Origin: a bacterium
GTDB taxonomy: Bacteria > Bacteroidota > Bacteroidia > Flavobacteriales_D > Crocinitomicaceae
Length of the DNA: 64,000 nt
Direction: 5' to 3'
NCBI GenBank assembly: GCA_024742305.1
Contig: JANSYQ010000006.1
Coordinates: 65,240-129,239 of the forward strand
Below are positions 36,827-45,949 of this stretch, piece after piece. Made by a program: the position numbers and the translations under genes. A model generated the notes under the pieces. The model was not told the DNA's origin, made no database searches, and saw only the letters and a program-made list of their open reading frames with translations. Within the stretch, counting starts at the first letter, position 1. Every line of letters starts with the position of its first letter.

Positions 36827-36889
36827 TTGTTCGCCATTTCGCGAACAAAGTAATTTGCGAATTCTAGGAATTGATTCGATTTATTCCTA
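36827..36889. promoter_or_regulatory. two inverted repeats in the divergent region upstream of the ArsR-type gene (candidate operators)
   Basis: TTGTTCGC-6 nt-GCGAACAA (36827-36848) and TAGGAAT-11 nt-ATTCCTA (36865-36889), both upstream of ATG 36924. Confidence 0.3.
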
Positions 36890-36923
36890 ACTTAAAGTAT
36901 AACCTAATCAAATTAACCTAATT

Positions 36924-37292
36924 ATGGCCTCTATCAAACGAGTTGGGTTCTCTCCAACACAAAACACCTATGCAGACCTTCTAAAAGCTCTCGGACATCC
37001 TGCTAGAATTGCAATTCTGCAATTACTTACAAAAAATCAGCTTCCTTGTAAGCACGTTGAAATCGAACTTCAAATATCCAAATCTACCCTTAGCAGACAC
37101 ATGCAAATTCTTTACGATGTAGGTCTAATTGGGTACAATAAAATTTTGAATGAAACCTATTACTCGGTCAATGAATCTGCAATTTGTTCAGTATCCAACT
37201 TTTTAATTGATTCGATTACCTCAGATGTCCATACGAAGTTAGATGACGTACATTTCAAGATTCCTCAAGGTGTCAGAAACCCAAAACTCTAA
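36924..37292 (+). CDS. ArsR/SmtB-family winged-helix transcriptional regulator
   Basis: ..ADLLKALGHPARIAILQLL.. followed by ..ELQISKSTLSRHMQILYDVGLI.. is a classic ArsR HTH. Its 3' end overlaps the convergent aminotransferase gene by 20 nt. Confidence 0.8.
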   Translation: MASIKRVGFSPTQNTYADLLKALGHPARIAILQLLTKNQLPCKHVEIELQISKSTLSRHMQILYDVGLIGYNKILNETYYSVNESAICSVSNFLIDSITSDVHTKLDDVHFKIPQGVRNPKL

Positions 37293-38490
37293 CTACTGAA
37301 CTCTTTACAGCTTCTATCACCAGCTCCACTTGCTCATCTGTCAAGTCATAATAAACAGGTAAGCTAATCATTTGAGCGTATTTACCATATGCCTCAGGGT
37401 AATCGTTAATGTTGTAGCCTCGTTTCTTGTAAGCTGTTAAAAGAGGAATAGGAAGAAAATGAACATTCACAGAAACATCTTGTTCAAATATTTCTTGAAT
37501 AATTCTATCTCGCTGCTCTTCTGAAATATTGTTGATGCGTAGTTGATACAAATGATAACTGGATGTTTTGGCTTCAGTCGTGTGTAAAGGAATGCTTGCC
37601 CACTCTTCTTTAGAAAAGGCATTATCGTAGGCATTGAAAACTGCTTTTCTGCGATCTAAATTCTCTTGGTAGCGTTCCAGTTCAACCAATCCGATGGCTG
37701 CTTGAATATCCGTCATGTTACATTTAAAGCCCGGTTCTTCCACGTCATAGCGCCAATTTCCTTTTTTCGTCTTTGCCAAAGCATCCTTGTTTTGACCATG
37801 AAGAATTTTCACGCACATTTCACGATATATTTCCTCGTGATCAAAATGTTCAGGTAAGTTGAAGCACAAGGCTCCACCCTCGGCAGTTGTAAGATTTTTT
37901 ACCGCATGAAAAGAAAAAGTCGCTATATCCGCTAATGCCGCCGATTTCTGTCCATTCATCAAAGCACCAAAACTATGAGCAGCATCACTTAGTAATAATA
38001 TTCTTCCTAATTTCTGCTGAAGTTCATTTGAAGGGGAGAATTTACTTTTAATTTCAGGCTCATTAATGAGGCTTCGAAGCACATCATAATCACAAGGGAA
38101 TCCACCGATATCTACAGCAAGGATGGCTTTGGTTTTTGTTGTGATTACCTTTCGAACTGCCTCAGTATCCAAATTGAAGTCTTCACCATTGATATCTACA
38201 AGAACTGGTTTCGCGCCAGCATGAACAATCACGTTGGCACTAGCGCAGTAGGTATATGCTGGCAGAATGACTTCATCGCCCTCTCCTATTCCCCACCAAT
38301 GCAATAGCACTTGCATTCCCATCGTCCAGGAGTTCACAGCAACGGTTGACTTTACACCGCAATATGCCGAGATTTCCTTCTCAAACAGTTTCGTTTTGGG
38401 TCCAGTGGTGATCCAGCCTGATTTGAGAACTTCTGAAACCGCTTCTATGGTTTTCTCATCGATTCTAGGGGGTGAGAATGGGATCATCAT
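37273..38490 (-). CDS. DegT/DnrJ/EryC1/StrS-family sugar aminotransferase (PglE/WcfR-like)
   Basis: ..VLKSGWITTGPK.., and PLP-lysine context FSFHAVKNLTTAEGGAL. Confidence 0.9.
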   Translation of the reverse strand: MMIPFSPPRIDEKTIEAVSEVLKSGWITTGPKTKLFEKEISAYCGVKSTVAVNSWTMGMQVLLHWWGIGEGDEVILPAYTYCASANVIVHAGAKPVLVDINGEDFNLDTEAVRKVITTKTKAILAVDIGGFPCDYDVLRSLINEPEIKSKFSPSNELQQKLGRILLLSDAAHSFGALMNGQKSAALADIATFSFHAVKNLTTAEGGALCFNLPEHFDHEEIYREMCVKILHGQNKDALAKTKKGNWRYDVEEPGFKCNMTDIQAAIGLVELERYQENLDRRKAVFNAYDNAFSKEEWASIPLHTTEAKTSSYHLYQLRINNISEEQRDRIIQEIFEQDVSVNVHFLPIPLLTAYKKRGYNINDYPEAYGKYAQMISLPVYYDLTDEQVELVIEAVKSSVVRVLGF

Positions 38491-38492
38491 TT

Positions 38493-39572
38493 CTATTTTT
38501 CAAAGTTTTGAAGTGCTTCCAAAATCTTCTCACCGGCTTTACTATCGCCATAGAGTGGATTGGAAAAGTCAGAAGATTTGCTCATCATTTCTTGGGTGGA
38601 GGATAATATCAAGGCAGTATCGGCTCCGGCGAGAACATTGTATCCGTGCTCCACCAATTCTACCCATTCTGTTTCATCGCGCATGGTAACACAATGTTTT
38701 TGAAAGAAATAAGCCTCTTTTTGGAGTCCTCCACTGTCTGTAAGTACGATTTTGCAATGCTTCAGCAATTCAATCATATCGAAGTAACCAACGGGATCGA
38801 CTAAATCAACATTCAACTGCAAGTTATTCGATTCCAAAAGTTTTCTAGTTCTAGGATGAATAGGCACCAATACGCGAATGGTTTTGTGCAACTCATTCAA
38901 CGCTGCGACAATCGCTGCTAGCCGTTTTGGGTTGTCTGTATTCTCAGCTCGATGTAAGGTACACAGCACAAAATCGCCGGATCGCTTTTCAATAGGCAAT
39001 TTTGCCTTGGACTCGGAATGTTGTGCATAGAAATGACTGGCATCTTGCATCACATCTCCCGATTGAACGATTTTAGCATCGATATTTGCGTAGCCTTCAT
39101 TCATCAAATTGCGAACTGCTGTATCCGTTGGGACGAACAATATATCCGATATACGATCAGTCAAAATACGATTGACTTCTTCCGGCATCTCCATGTTGAA
39201 GCTCCGAAGTCCAGCCTCTACATGAGCGACCTTGATGTGCATCTTTTTTGCTGCCAGTGCTCCGGCAATAGTTGAGTTGGTATCGCCATAAACAAGGACC
39301 CAATCCGGTTTTTCCCTTTCCAAAACACCTTCGATTTTCTCAAGCATTTGTCCCGTCATAGCGCCATGTCCCATTCCATTCACGTCTAAATTGTAGGCCG
39401 GCTTTGGAATCTCCATCTCCTCGAAGAACACGTCGGACATGTTGTGGTCATAATGTTGTCCGGTATGCACCAATATTTCCTCCACATCCTTGTGTTTGCC
39501 AACAACGCGACTTAAAACTGCCGCTTTAACGAATTGTGGACGGGCTCCGACGATTGTAACGATTTTCAACAT
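38493..39572 (-). CDS. wecB: UDP-N-acetylglucosamine 2-epimerase (non-hydrolysing)
   Basis: IVTIVGARPQFVKAA.., ..VHTGQHYD.., ..VLVYGDTNST.. and ..LTDSGGLQKEA.. are family hallmarks. Confidence 0.92.
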   Translation of the reverse strand: MLKIVTIVGARPQFVKAAVLSRVVGKHKDVEEILVHTGQHYDHNMSDVFFEEMEIPKPAYNLDVNGMGHGAMTGQMLEKIEGVLEREKPDWVLVYGDTNSTIAGALAAKKMHIKVAHVEAGLRSFNMEMPEEVNRILTDRISDILFVPTDTAVRNLMNEGYANIDAKIVQSGDVMQDASHFYAQHSESKAKLPIEKRSGDFVLCTLHRAENTDNPKRLAAIVAALNELHKTIRVLVPIHPRTRKLLESNNLQLNVDLVDPVGYFDMIELLKHCKIVLTDSGGLQKEAYFFQKHCVTMRDETEWVELVEHGYNVLAGADTALILSSTQEMMSKSSDFSNPLYGDSKAGEKILEALQNFEK

Positions 39573-39625
39573 ATAAACTTCAATAATGCACCCCTAGGAT
39601 GGAGTCAACGCTACAAAATTACACT

Positions 39626-40642
39626 TTATCGCGACATGCGTTTCTGTCGGTCGGAAGGGTCTTTTCGAAGCAATAAAAACTCAATAATTCCTCTTAAATA
39701 TCCAAAACCATAAGATAAGTGCAAAGTGAGGTAGGTTTGCATTATTGGTCCCAATTGTTTGGGGGATTTCATTGCGGAAAAACTGAAATAACTTAAAAGA
39801 ATCAAGTACAGAATTAATGGAACACATGCCAACAAAAGCGACTCAACACCGAGAATTGCAGTAATTGGCAGCAACATTAGATAAAGGACGAATAAAGGAG
39901 GAACTAATTGTCGCACGGTGGTAACTGCTTTGTGCTTGCGATTAACAAAGACTTTCCAATAGCCATATTGGAAGAATTGACGGCGCAATCCTTCAAAGTT
40001 TCCACGGACATAATACTTGAGGGAAATGTCATGTTCATAATAGACTTTACCCCCGGCCTTTTCCACGCGAAAGTTGAAATCATCGTCTTGATTACGGACC
40101 AAGGTCTCATCGAAAAAGCCAATTTTTTCAAACACCCAATAAGGGTACATTGGACTGGTAACGGTATCCGTAAAGCCAGATTTTGTCAGCGTTCGAAAAT
40201 TACCTAGTCCCATTCCGAATGCCGTACCCATAGCAATAGAAATGATTTCTCCGGTGGTATTCAGATATTCGTTTTGAATTCTGCCACCTACACACCAAAT
40301 TCGCTCATCGCGTTGCAAGTGTTCTAGGCACTTTGATAGATAGTTCGAGCTGATAATATGCCGCGCTCCGATGATCTGTACAAAATCAACTTTGCCACCA
40401 GCATATATCCCTAAATTGAAGGCATAGGGCGTGAGCTGCTTTTCGTTATCAACAAGTTGCAACGAAGGATAGCTATCTTTGAACGCTTGTACTTTATCTC
40501 GGGTTCCATCGTCACTCATTCCATCAACCACAAAAACCGACATTTCAACTTGATCCGATATATCACTCGCATAAATAGCATGCAAGCATTCCTCAATGTA
40601 GGGTGCCTCATTTCGACATGGAATCACGACAGATAATTTCAT
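39626..40642 (-). CDS. family-2 glycosyltransferase with C-terminal membrane helices
   Basis: LSVVIPCRNE..VVDGMSDDGT.. (GT-A DxD region), and hydrophobic C-terminal third. Confidence 0.85.
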   Translation of the reverse strand: MKLSVVIPCRNEAPYIEECLHAIYASDISDQVEMSVFVVDGMSDDGTRDKVQAFKDSYPSLQLVDNEKQLTPYAFNLGIYAGGKVDFVQIIGARHIISSNYLSKCLEHLQRDERIWCVGGRIQNEYLNTTGEIISIAMGTAFGMGLGNFRTLTKSGFTDTVTSPMYPYWVFEKIGFFDETLVRNQDDDFNFRVEKAGGKVYYEHDISLKYYVRGNFEGLRRQFFQYGYWKVFVNRKHKAVTTVRQLVPPLFVLYLMLLPITAILGVESLLLACVPLILYLILLSYFSFSAMKSPKQLGPIMQTYLTLHLSYGFGYLRGIIEFLLLRKDPSDRQKRMSR

Positions 40643-41883
40643 GCGGCAGATTTTTCAGGGGTTGGCATCAATGGGTACATGTAGAATACACCGAGCATCA
40701 AACAGAAAAAAACGATACCGCTTTGACGCTCTAACATGGCTTCAAACAAGCAATGAAACATCAACGAGCTACTCGCCACTAGTAACAACCAATGCTTCTT
40801 TCGAAGGCCAAGCACTACGCCATATAACAGAGTTGCTAGAAACAAAAATATGCCTGCCACTCCAATTTCAATTCCTGTAGTGAGGTATTGATTGTGCGGA
40901 TTGAGATGTTTTGCTGCCATTCGGTGTTGACCGTATTCTTTCAATCGCTTATAAATAGCATCGTCATAATTTTTTGTGCCCAGCCCCATCGGCGATTCCG
41001 ACAAAATTTCCGTTGAAACAATCCATAAAATCAAGCGTTCTTGGCTTCCCGTCCATGGGTTTGTATTTCGGATAAAATCGTCCGGAGCCGCTACATATTC
41101 ATCCACGTACTTTTTTGCTCCTTGCCATTGTCCTTTAACAATTGGTACATAATTGACAGCAACATATCCGAATATAAGAACGGGAACTAGTACCCCAATA
41201 GATGCTTTCCAACTCCACTTTTTACCAATTTCGTAGAGCACTAAAAACGCCACAACGATCATGAAGTAAAGCATTCCAGCGAGACTTAGGCTAAGTACAT
41301 GAAACAAAGCACCAATGAGCACAAAGGGAATGATCCATTTTAGATGAAAGAAATTCCACTTTCGTTTCCATCCAACGTATGTACCGACCATAGCTAAAAT
41401 CCAAAAGCACATGAAGTAGGTTGGATGATGCACAGGAGAAATTCCCACTGTTAAAAATCCATCAAACCCAGCCCCTTGACTGTATAAGTAGAAACCATGT
41501 CCAATGCCGTACAAACTCAACACGGAAACAGCTGAAACCAAGGAAAGAATTAACCAATTGAACTGAAATGACTTCGAGCGCAACGGAAATGAAAACAAAA
41601 TGGGCACTACCAATAATGATAACTTTTGCACCATTCCTTGGGCGGCGATCTCTGGGTGATGAGAATACAAGCTGCCTACGCCGTAGAAAGCGTAAAGCAT
41701 GGCAAACATGACCAACCCAGCGTTCAGACGAAATTTCAAATAGCCTTTTACACCTCCGAGAAGGACCCAAAATGCCAAAAGCAACAACACCGGACCTGCC
41801 GATCTTGGAATTACAAGACAAAAGAAGAGCGTAACGCTTACCGCCAGCGAATAATATTTGTCGTATGTCGCTTGATCGTTCAT
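40639..41883 (-). CDS. O-antigen polymerase/ligase-family (Wzy_C) membrane protein, copy 1
   Basis: About 10-12 TM helices. A periplasmic loop is followed by ..LNPHNQYLTTGIEIGVAGIFLF.. (Wzy_C-like H-N-x-Y-L..E.G). ATGA overlap with the GT2 gene. Confidence 0.8.
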   Translation of the reverse strand: MNDQATYDKYYSLAVSVTLFFCLVIPRSAGPVLLLLAFWVLLGGVKGYLKFRLNAGLVMFAMLYAFYGVGSLYSHHPEIAAQGMVQKLSLLVVPILFSFPLRSKSFQFNWLILSLVSAVSVLSLYGIGHGFYLYSQGAGFDGFLTVGISPVHHPTYFMCFWILAMVGTYVGWKRKWNFFHLKWIIPFVLIGALFHVLSLSLAGMLYFMIVVAFLVLYEIGKKWSWKASIGVLVPVLIFGYVAVNYVPIVKGQWQGAKKYVDEYVAAPDDFIRNTNPWTGSQERLILWIVSTEILSESPMGLGTKNYDDAIYKRLKEYGQHRMAAKHLNPHNQYLTTGIEIGVAGIFLFLATLLYGVVLGLRKKHWLLLVASSSLMFHCLFEAMLERQSGIVFFCLMLGVFYMYPLMPTPEKSAA

Positions 41884-41888
41884 TGATT

Positions 41889-43001
41889 TTAGTCAGCAAG
41901 TACAGAGTTGTAAAGGGAAATAAGTTTCGCTTCTTCGGCACCCCAATTGTAAACCTCTAGCACCTGTTTTCTTCCACGCTCTCCCATTTCTTTTGCCTCT
42001 TCGGGATTTTGCTGAATATAACGAATTGCTTCGGCAATGGCCTTGGGATCTTCAGGATCGACGCAAATACCGCATTTATTGTCCTCAATGATAGCCTTCC
42101 ATAACTCGAAATGCGAACCAATGACCGGTAATCCGGATGCCATATATTCGAAAATCTTATTGGGCTGCGCATTTATGTGGTTGGGGTATGGAAGAAACGT
42201 TACGACACCCGCAATAGACTTTGCTTTCAGCTTCAAGGATTCCTCTCGGTCGATAAAACCCAGCTCTTGTACTTTGCTCCATCCGTCTTTTGTTATCAAG
42301 GTAATTTTGAAGTCATCTGGAAAATTTCCAGCAATGGCACAGTTAACATCTACCTCCGATAACGCATCGACCAACTCACTAATGCCGCGAATTCGTGTAA
42401 TTCCACCAATAAAACAGATGGTATTCTCTTTCTCAACACTGACTTTCTCGGTGGAAACCTCTTTCAACATCGGATAATTATTGATGTCGATAGTATTCGA
42501 ATGAACTTTTTTGAAGCGGTCGCGAATGAAAGGGGTGGCTGTAATTACTGCATCCAGTTTTCGAACAACGCGGTTTTCGTACCACTCCACCACTTTACTA
42601 ATGGTTTTCTTGAACTTGAGATAATCTTTCCCTAAAATCTGTCTTGGAAGATCTTCATGCGCATCGTAAATTACCTTTTTCCCCTTGCGTTTTAACTTCA
42701 ACGCAATTCTCAACAACTCGGGATCATGCAGGTGGTACACATCAGCGTCCACTTCGACGGCCTTTCGGTATACTTTATTTACGGTGGACCACATCCGTTT
42801 GATACGGCTTCCGCCCGCTCCCGCAACGCTGTGGATTGACACTCCGTTTTCGGTACGTTCTTCTACATCCGCTAAAACCAAATGCACTTCGAATTTGTCT
42901 TCTCCTGCCAACGAGGAACATTCCTTGTGGAAGATTCGAACGTCGCGATCCTTGTGTGCACTGCTCAGGTGTGCGACTTTGTATACCGGGTTTTTCTCCA
43001 T
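41889..43001 (-). CDS. family-4 (GT-B) glycosyltransferase
   Basis: C-terminal ..KIFEYMASGLPVIGS.. and ..GICVDPEDP.. are typical of the GT4 EX7E region. Confidence 0.85.
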   Translation of the reverse strand: MEKNPVYKVAHLSSAHKDRDVRIFHKECSSLAGEDKFEVHLVLADVEERTENGVSIHSVAGAGGSRIKRMWSTVNKVYRKAVEVDADVYHLHDPELLRIALKLKRKGKKVIYDAHEDLPRQILGKDYLKFKKTISKVVEWYENRVVRKLDAVITATPFIRDRFKKVHSNTIDINNYPMLKEVSTEKVSVEKENTICFIGGITRIRGISELVDALSEVDVNCAIAGNFPDDFKITLITKDGWSKVQELGFIDREESLKLKAKSIAGVVTFLPYPNHINAQPNKIFEYMASGLPVIGSHFELWKAIIEDNKCGICVDPEDPKAIAEAIRYIQQNPEEAKEMGERGRKQVLEVYNWGAEEAKLISLYNSVLAD

Positions 43002-43108
43002 TTCTGCTGCTCCCGCAAAATTAAAATTAATAGTTACTTTTACAACATCGAAAGTCGCGATTCATCAGTGTTACAAGGACTTCCAATTAATTAAGAATCA
43101 CCCTCATA

Positions 43109-44314
43109 GTGCCGCAATCGAACACACTTGATAAATTCATTTACCTTCTCGGAGGAATCATTCTAATTTCTGTACTGTGTGTTCCTGACATTTCATTGAA
43201 ATCGGGCTGGCCAAAGGTGCAACTGGTCGATTTCCTCATTCCTGTTGTTGGTAGTACTCTTTTAATCAAGGTCAAGGATATAAAGTTGCATGCCTATTGG
43301 GCAATTATTGTCCTCTTTTGTGCATACATCCCCATCACGATGCACTTAAATGGGCGAACAGGTGTTATTGCCGACTATTTCGAGATCTACAAACTATTGA
43401 AATTCAGTCTTCTCATTCTGTTTTTCAGCCTACTTAATTATGAGCGTTTTAGTTCTGTTTGGTTCAAACCTATTTTTATTGGTTTGGCTGCCATCAATTT
43501 GCTGCATTTCTTCAATATTTTCAACATTAATGACCTTCTACAAGATGTCTATGGAGGTATTCATCGTGAGTTTTTCGGATTAAATTCCCTGAAACAACCA
43601 GCCACCAAGCGCATGATAGGATTGGCTTCAAGTCCCAACATTAACGCAATCGTTTTTTCCTTTTTCGCCATCTACTTCTTGCCTTTGAAGTTTGACCGTA
43701 CCAAAATCTACTGGTTTCTCGGCGCCATTCTCCTCATGCTGATGTGTCAATCAAGAACCTCAATCGTGGCTCTTGCAGGTGTGCTAATCGTTATAGCCAT
43801 TCTTCGACTTAGCAATTGGAACCTCAAGCAGTGGGGAACAGTTTTAGCATCGCTCATAGGGCTTTATTTAGTTTCATGGGCACTTGTAACAGACTTTTTC
43901 TCCCACACTTCCTACAGCAACAATGTCGTTAGCAATTCGGCTATGGGGCGACTAGAAACTTGGGCATATTTATTCGAAATGATAAAAGAAAGTCCAATCG
44001 TAGGATATGGTGTAAACAAGCAATACTTTTACGAAAGAAAGCTATACTCTGAGAATGAATACATCCTCATGCAGTGGCGATACGGTGCAATTGGACTCCT
44101 TCTTTATTTAGGCATGTTTTTTCTACCACTTTGGAAGTATTTTCAGCAAAGAAAGGAAGCCATGCATTTGAGAAAAGGATTTTTATTCCTGCTCATTATC
44201 GTTACCGTAGCTTTAACAAACAATCCATATCAGGATACTACCATCATGGTGTTGACTGCAATAATGTTGGGCCTCACTTGGCCATTTTTAAAAGGACAAA
44301 AACAGCATGGCTAA
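43109..44314 (+). CDS. O-antigen polymerase/ligase-family (Wzy_C) membrane protein, copy 2
   Basis: Polytopic membrane protein with a GTG start. Contains ..SENEYILMQWRYGAIGLLLYL.. (Wzy_C-like). Confidence 0.75.
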   Translation: MPQSNTLDKFIYLLGGIILISVLCVPDISLKSGWPKVQLVDFLIPVVGSTLLIKVKDIKLHAYWAIIVLFCAYIPITMHLNGRTGVIADYFEIYKLLKFSLLILFFSLLNYERFSSVWFKPIFIGLAAINLLHFFNIFNINDLLQDVYGGIHREFFGLNSLKQPATKRMIGLASSPNINAIVFSFFAIYFLPLKFDRTKIYWFLGAILLMLMCQSRTSIVALAGVLIVIAILRLSNWNLKQWGTVLASLIGLYLVSWALVTDFFSHTSYSNNVVSNSAMGRLETWAYLFEMIKESPIVGYGVNKQYFYERKLYSENEYILMQWRYGAIGLLLYLGMFFLPLWKYFQQRKEAMHLRKGFLFLLIIVTVALTNNPYQDTTIMVLTAIMLGLTWPFLKGQKQHG

Positions 44315-45353
44315 AAATCCGAAGCGATTATTGCTCATTGGAAGTACTCAAAGTGATGTACACCTTAGAAATTTTCACGCGTTGATTGAAGGGTATTTCG
44401 ATGAAATATTGTTGGTCTCCGGGAACGAAGTCGACTTCTGTGATACAAAAGTGCTGGATTTTGGATTGAAGAATCCTTTGAAAATCCGTAAAACCATTAG
44501 CCAGCTTCGGAAGATCATTCAAGAGTTTCAGCCGACCATTATCCATGTGCACCAAGCGAACTCTTACGGATACATTACGGCAAAAGCCAACAAGAGAAAA
44601 ATTCCGCAAGTATTGACGATTTGGGGCAGTGATGTGCTATTGCTTCCCAAGAAAAGTTCGGTGCATCGACGATTGGTGAAGAAGGCTTTGCAAGGTGCCC
44701 ACAAAATTACAGCCGACGCCGGATTTATACAGAAAAATGTCAGTGAACTCATTGGTCCACATGATTTCACTACCGCCAATTTTGGTATCGACCTACCCTC
44801 ATTGAAAATTGATTTAGAGAAAAAGAAAAGCATTGTTTACTCCAACCGTTTGCACAATACTCTCTACAATATTGATTCTGTGATTGATGGATTTGCTGAA
44901 TTTCATCAAGGGCATAAGAATTGGAAACTGGTCATTGCTGGCCGAGGGAATCGAACGGCAGAATTGAAAAAATTGGCATCCTCAAAACTTCCGAAAGATG
45001 CGTACGAGTTTGTTGGTTTTGTGGATTACGAAACAAACATGAGCTATTATCAAAAGGCGAGCATATACATTTCGGTACCTTCGAGTGATGGAACATCCGT
45101 GAGTCTTCTAGAAGCCATGGCATGTGGAACCATTCCCATCGTTTCAGACTTGCCCGCCAATCACGAGTGGATTACATCTGGTAAGAATGGTATCATTTTG
45201 AAATCAACTGTGGCTGAGGCATTGAATGCTGCCCTAAAACTAGATCATGTGTACTTGGCTGCCGAAAACAAGGCGATCATTGAGAAAAAGGCAACCAAAA
45301 CTGCCAATCGAGCTATTTACGTGAAAATTTACAAGGATCTTCGAAAGAAGTAA
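44307..45353 (+). CDS. family-4 (GT-B) glycosyltransferase
   Basis: ..VSLLEAMACGTIPIVSDLPANHEWI... It overlaps the upstream gene by 8 nt. Confidence 0.85.
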   Translation: MAKNPKRLLLIGSTQSDVHLRNFHALIEGYFDEILLVSGNEVDFCDTKVLDFGLKNPLKIRKTISQLRKIIQEFQPTIIHVHQANSYGYITAKANKRKIPQVLTIWGSDVLLLPKKSSVHRRLVKKALQGAHKITADAGFIQKNVSELIGPHDFTTANFGIDLPSLKIDLEKKKSIVYSNRLHNTLYNIDSVIDGFAEFHQGHKNWKLVIAGRGNRTAELKKLASSKLPKDAYEFVGFVDYETNMSYYQKASIYISVPSSDGTSVSLLEAMACGTIPIVSDLPANHEWITSGKNGIILKSTVAEALNAALKLDHVYLAAENKAIIEKKATKTANRAIYVKIYKDLRKK

Positions 45354-45923
45354 CTACTCCGCCCATTCATTGTAATATTGGCGCAGCTCAGGATGTTTCT
45401 CTAAAAGGGTTTCATCTTTCTTACGGGTATCTCCGACCACTTTTGCTGGATTCCCCGCGATGATCGAGAAATCAGGGAAATCGCCCTGAACAAAACTGTA
45501 TGCCGCAATCAAGCTCCCCTTACCTATTTTCGAGTTAGGCATGACCACCGTATGAGGACCGATAAATGTGTACTTGCCAATGACAACTTCTCCTTCATTG
45601 TATGCTTGCATCTGCCCAACTTTTCCATAATGAGCTCCATACAAACGAATGGCGTCATGGCTTGAATGTGTTAACAAACTGACGTAATTCGTGATCTGAC
45701 AACCTTCTTCAATCTTCAATCCGAATGTCGCGTCTATGAAATTAAAGTGACCAATGAAAACATTATTGGCAACATCAAAGCGCTCTGCTCCTTGAATGAC
45801 AGTTGATGTACTGACACGCGTAAGCGGCAGTTTCTTTCCATCATATCGCTTGTAGTTTCCAACCATTACGGGTTGTTGCCACTTTCGGAGTCGAAACAAT
45901 ATACGTTGTTTGAATTTGCCCAT
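45354..45923 (-). CDS. left-handed beta-helix (hexapeptide-repeat) acyl/acetyltransferase
   Basis: Hexapeptide-like turns are present (..VFIGHFNFIDATFGLKIEEGCQITNYVSL.., ..TFIGPHTVVMPNSKIGKGSLIAA..). Its stop codon directly abuts the stop of the convergent GT4 gene. Confidence 0.8.
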   Translation of the reverse strand: MGKFKQRILFRLRKWQQPVMVGNYKRYDGKKLPLTRVSTSTVIQGAERFDVANNVFIGHFNFIDATFGLKIEEGCQITNYVSLLTHSSHDAIRLYGAHYGKVGQMQAYNEGEVVIGKYTFIGPHTVVMPNSKIGKGSLIAAYSFVQGDFPDFSIIAGNPAKVVGDTRKKDETLLEKHPELRQYYNEWAE

Positions 45924-45949
45924 AGTTGCCCTTTAATACGACTTTGAGA

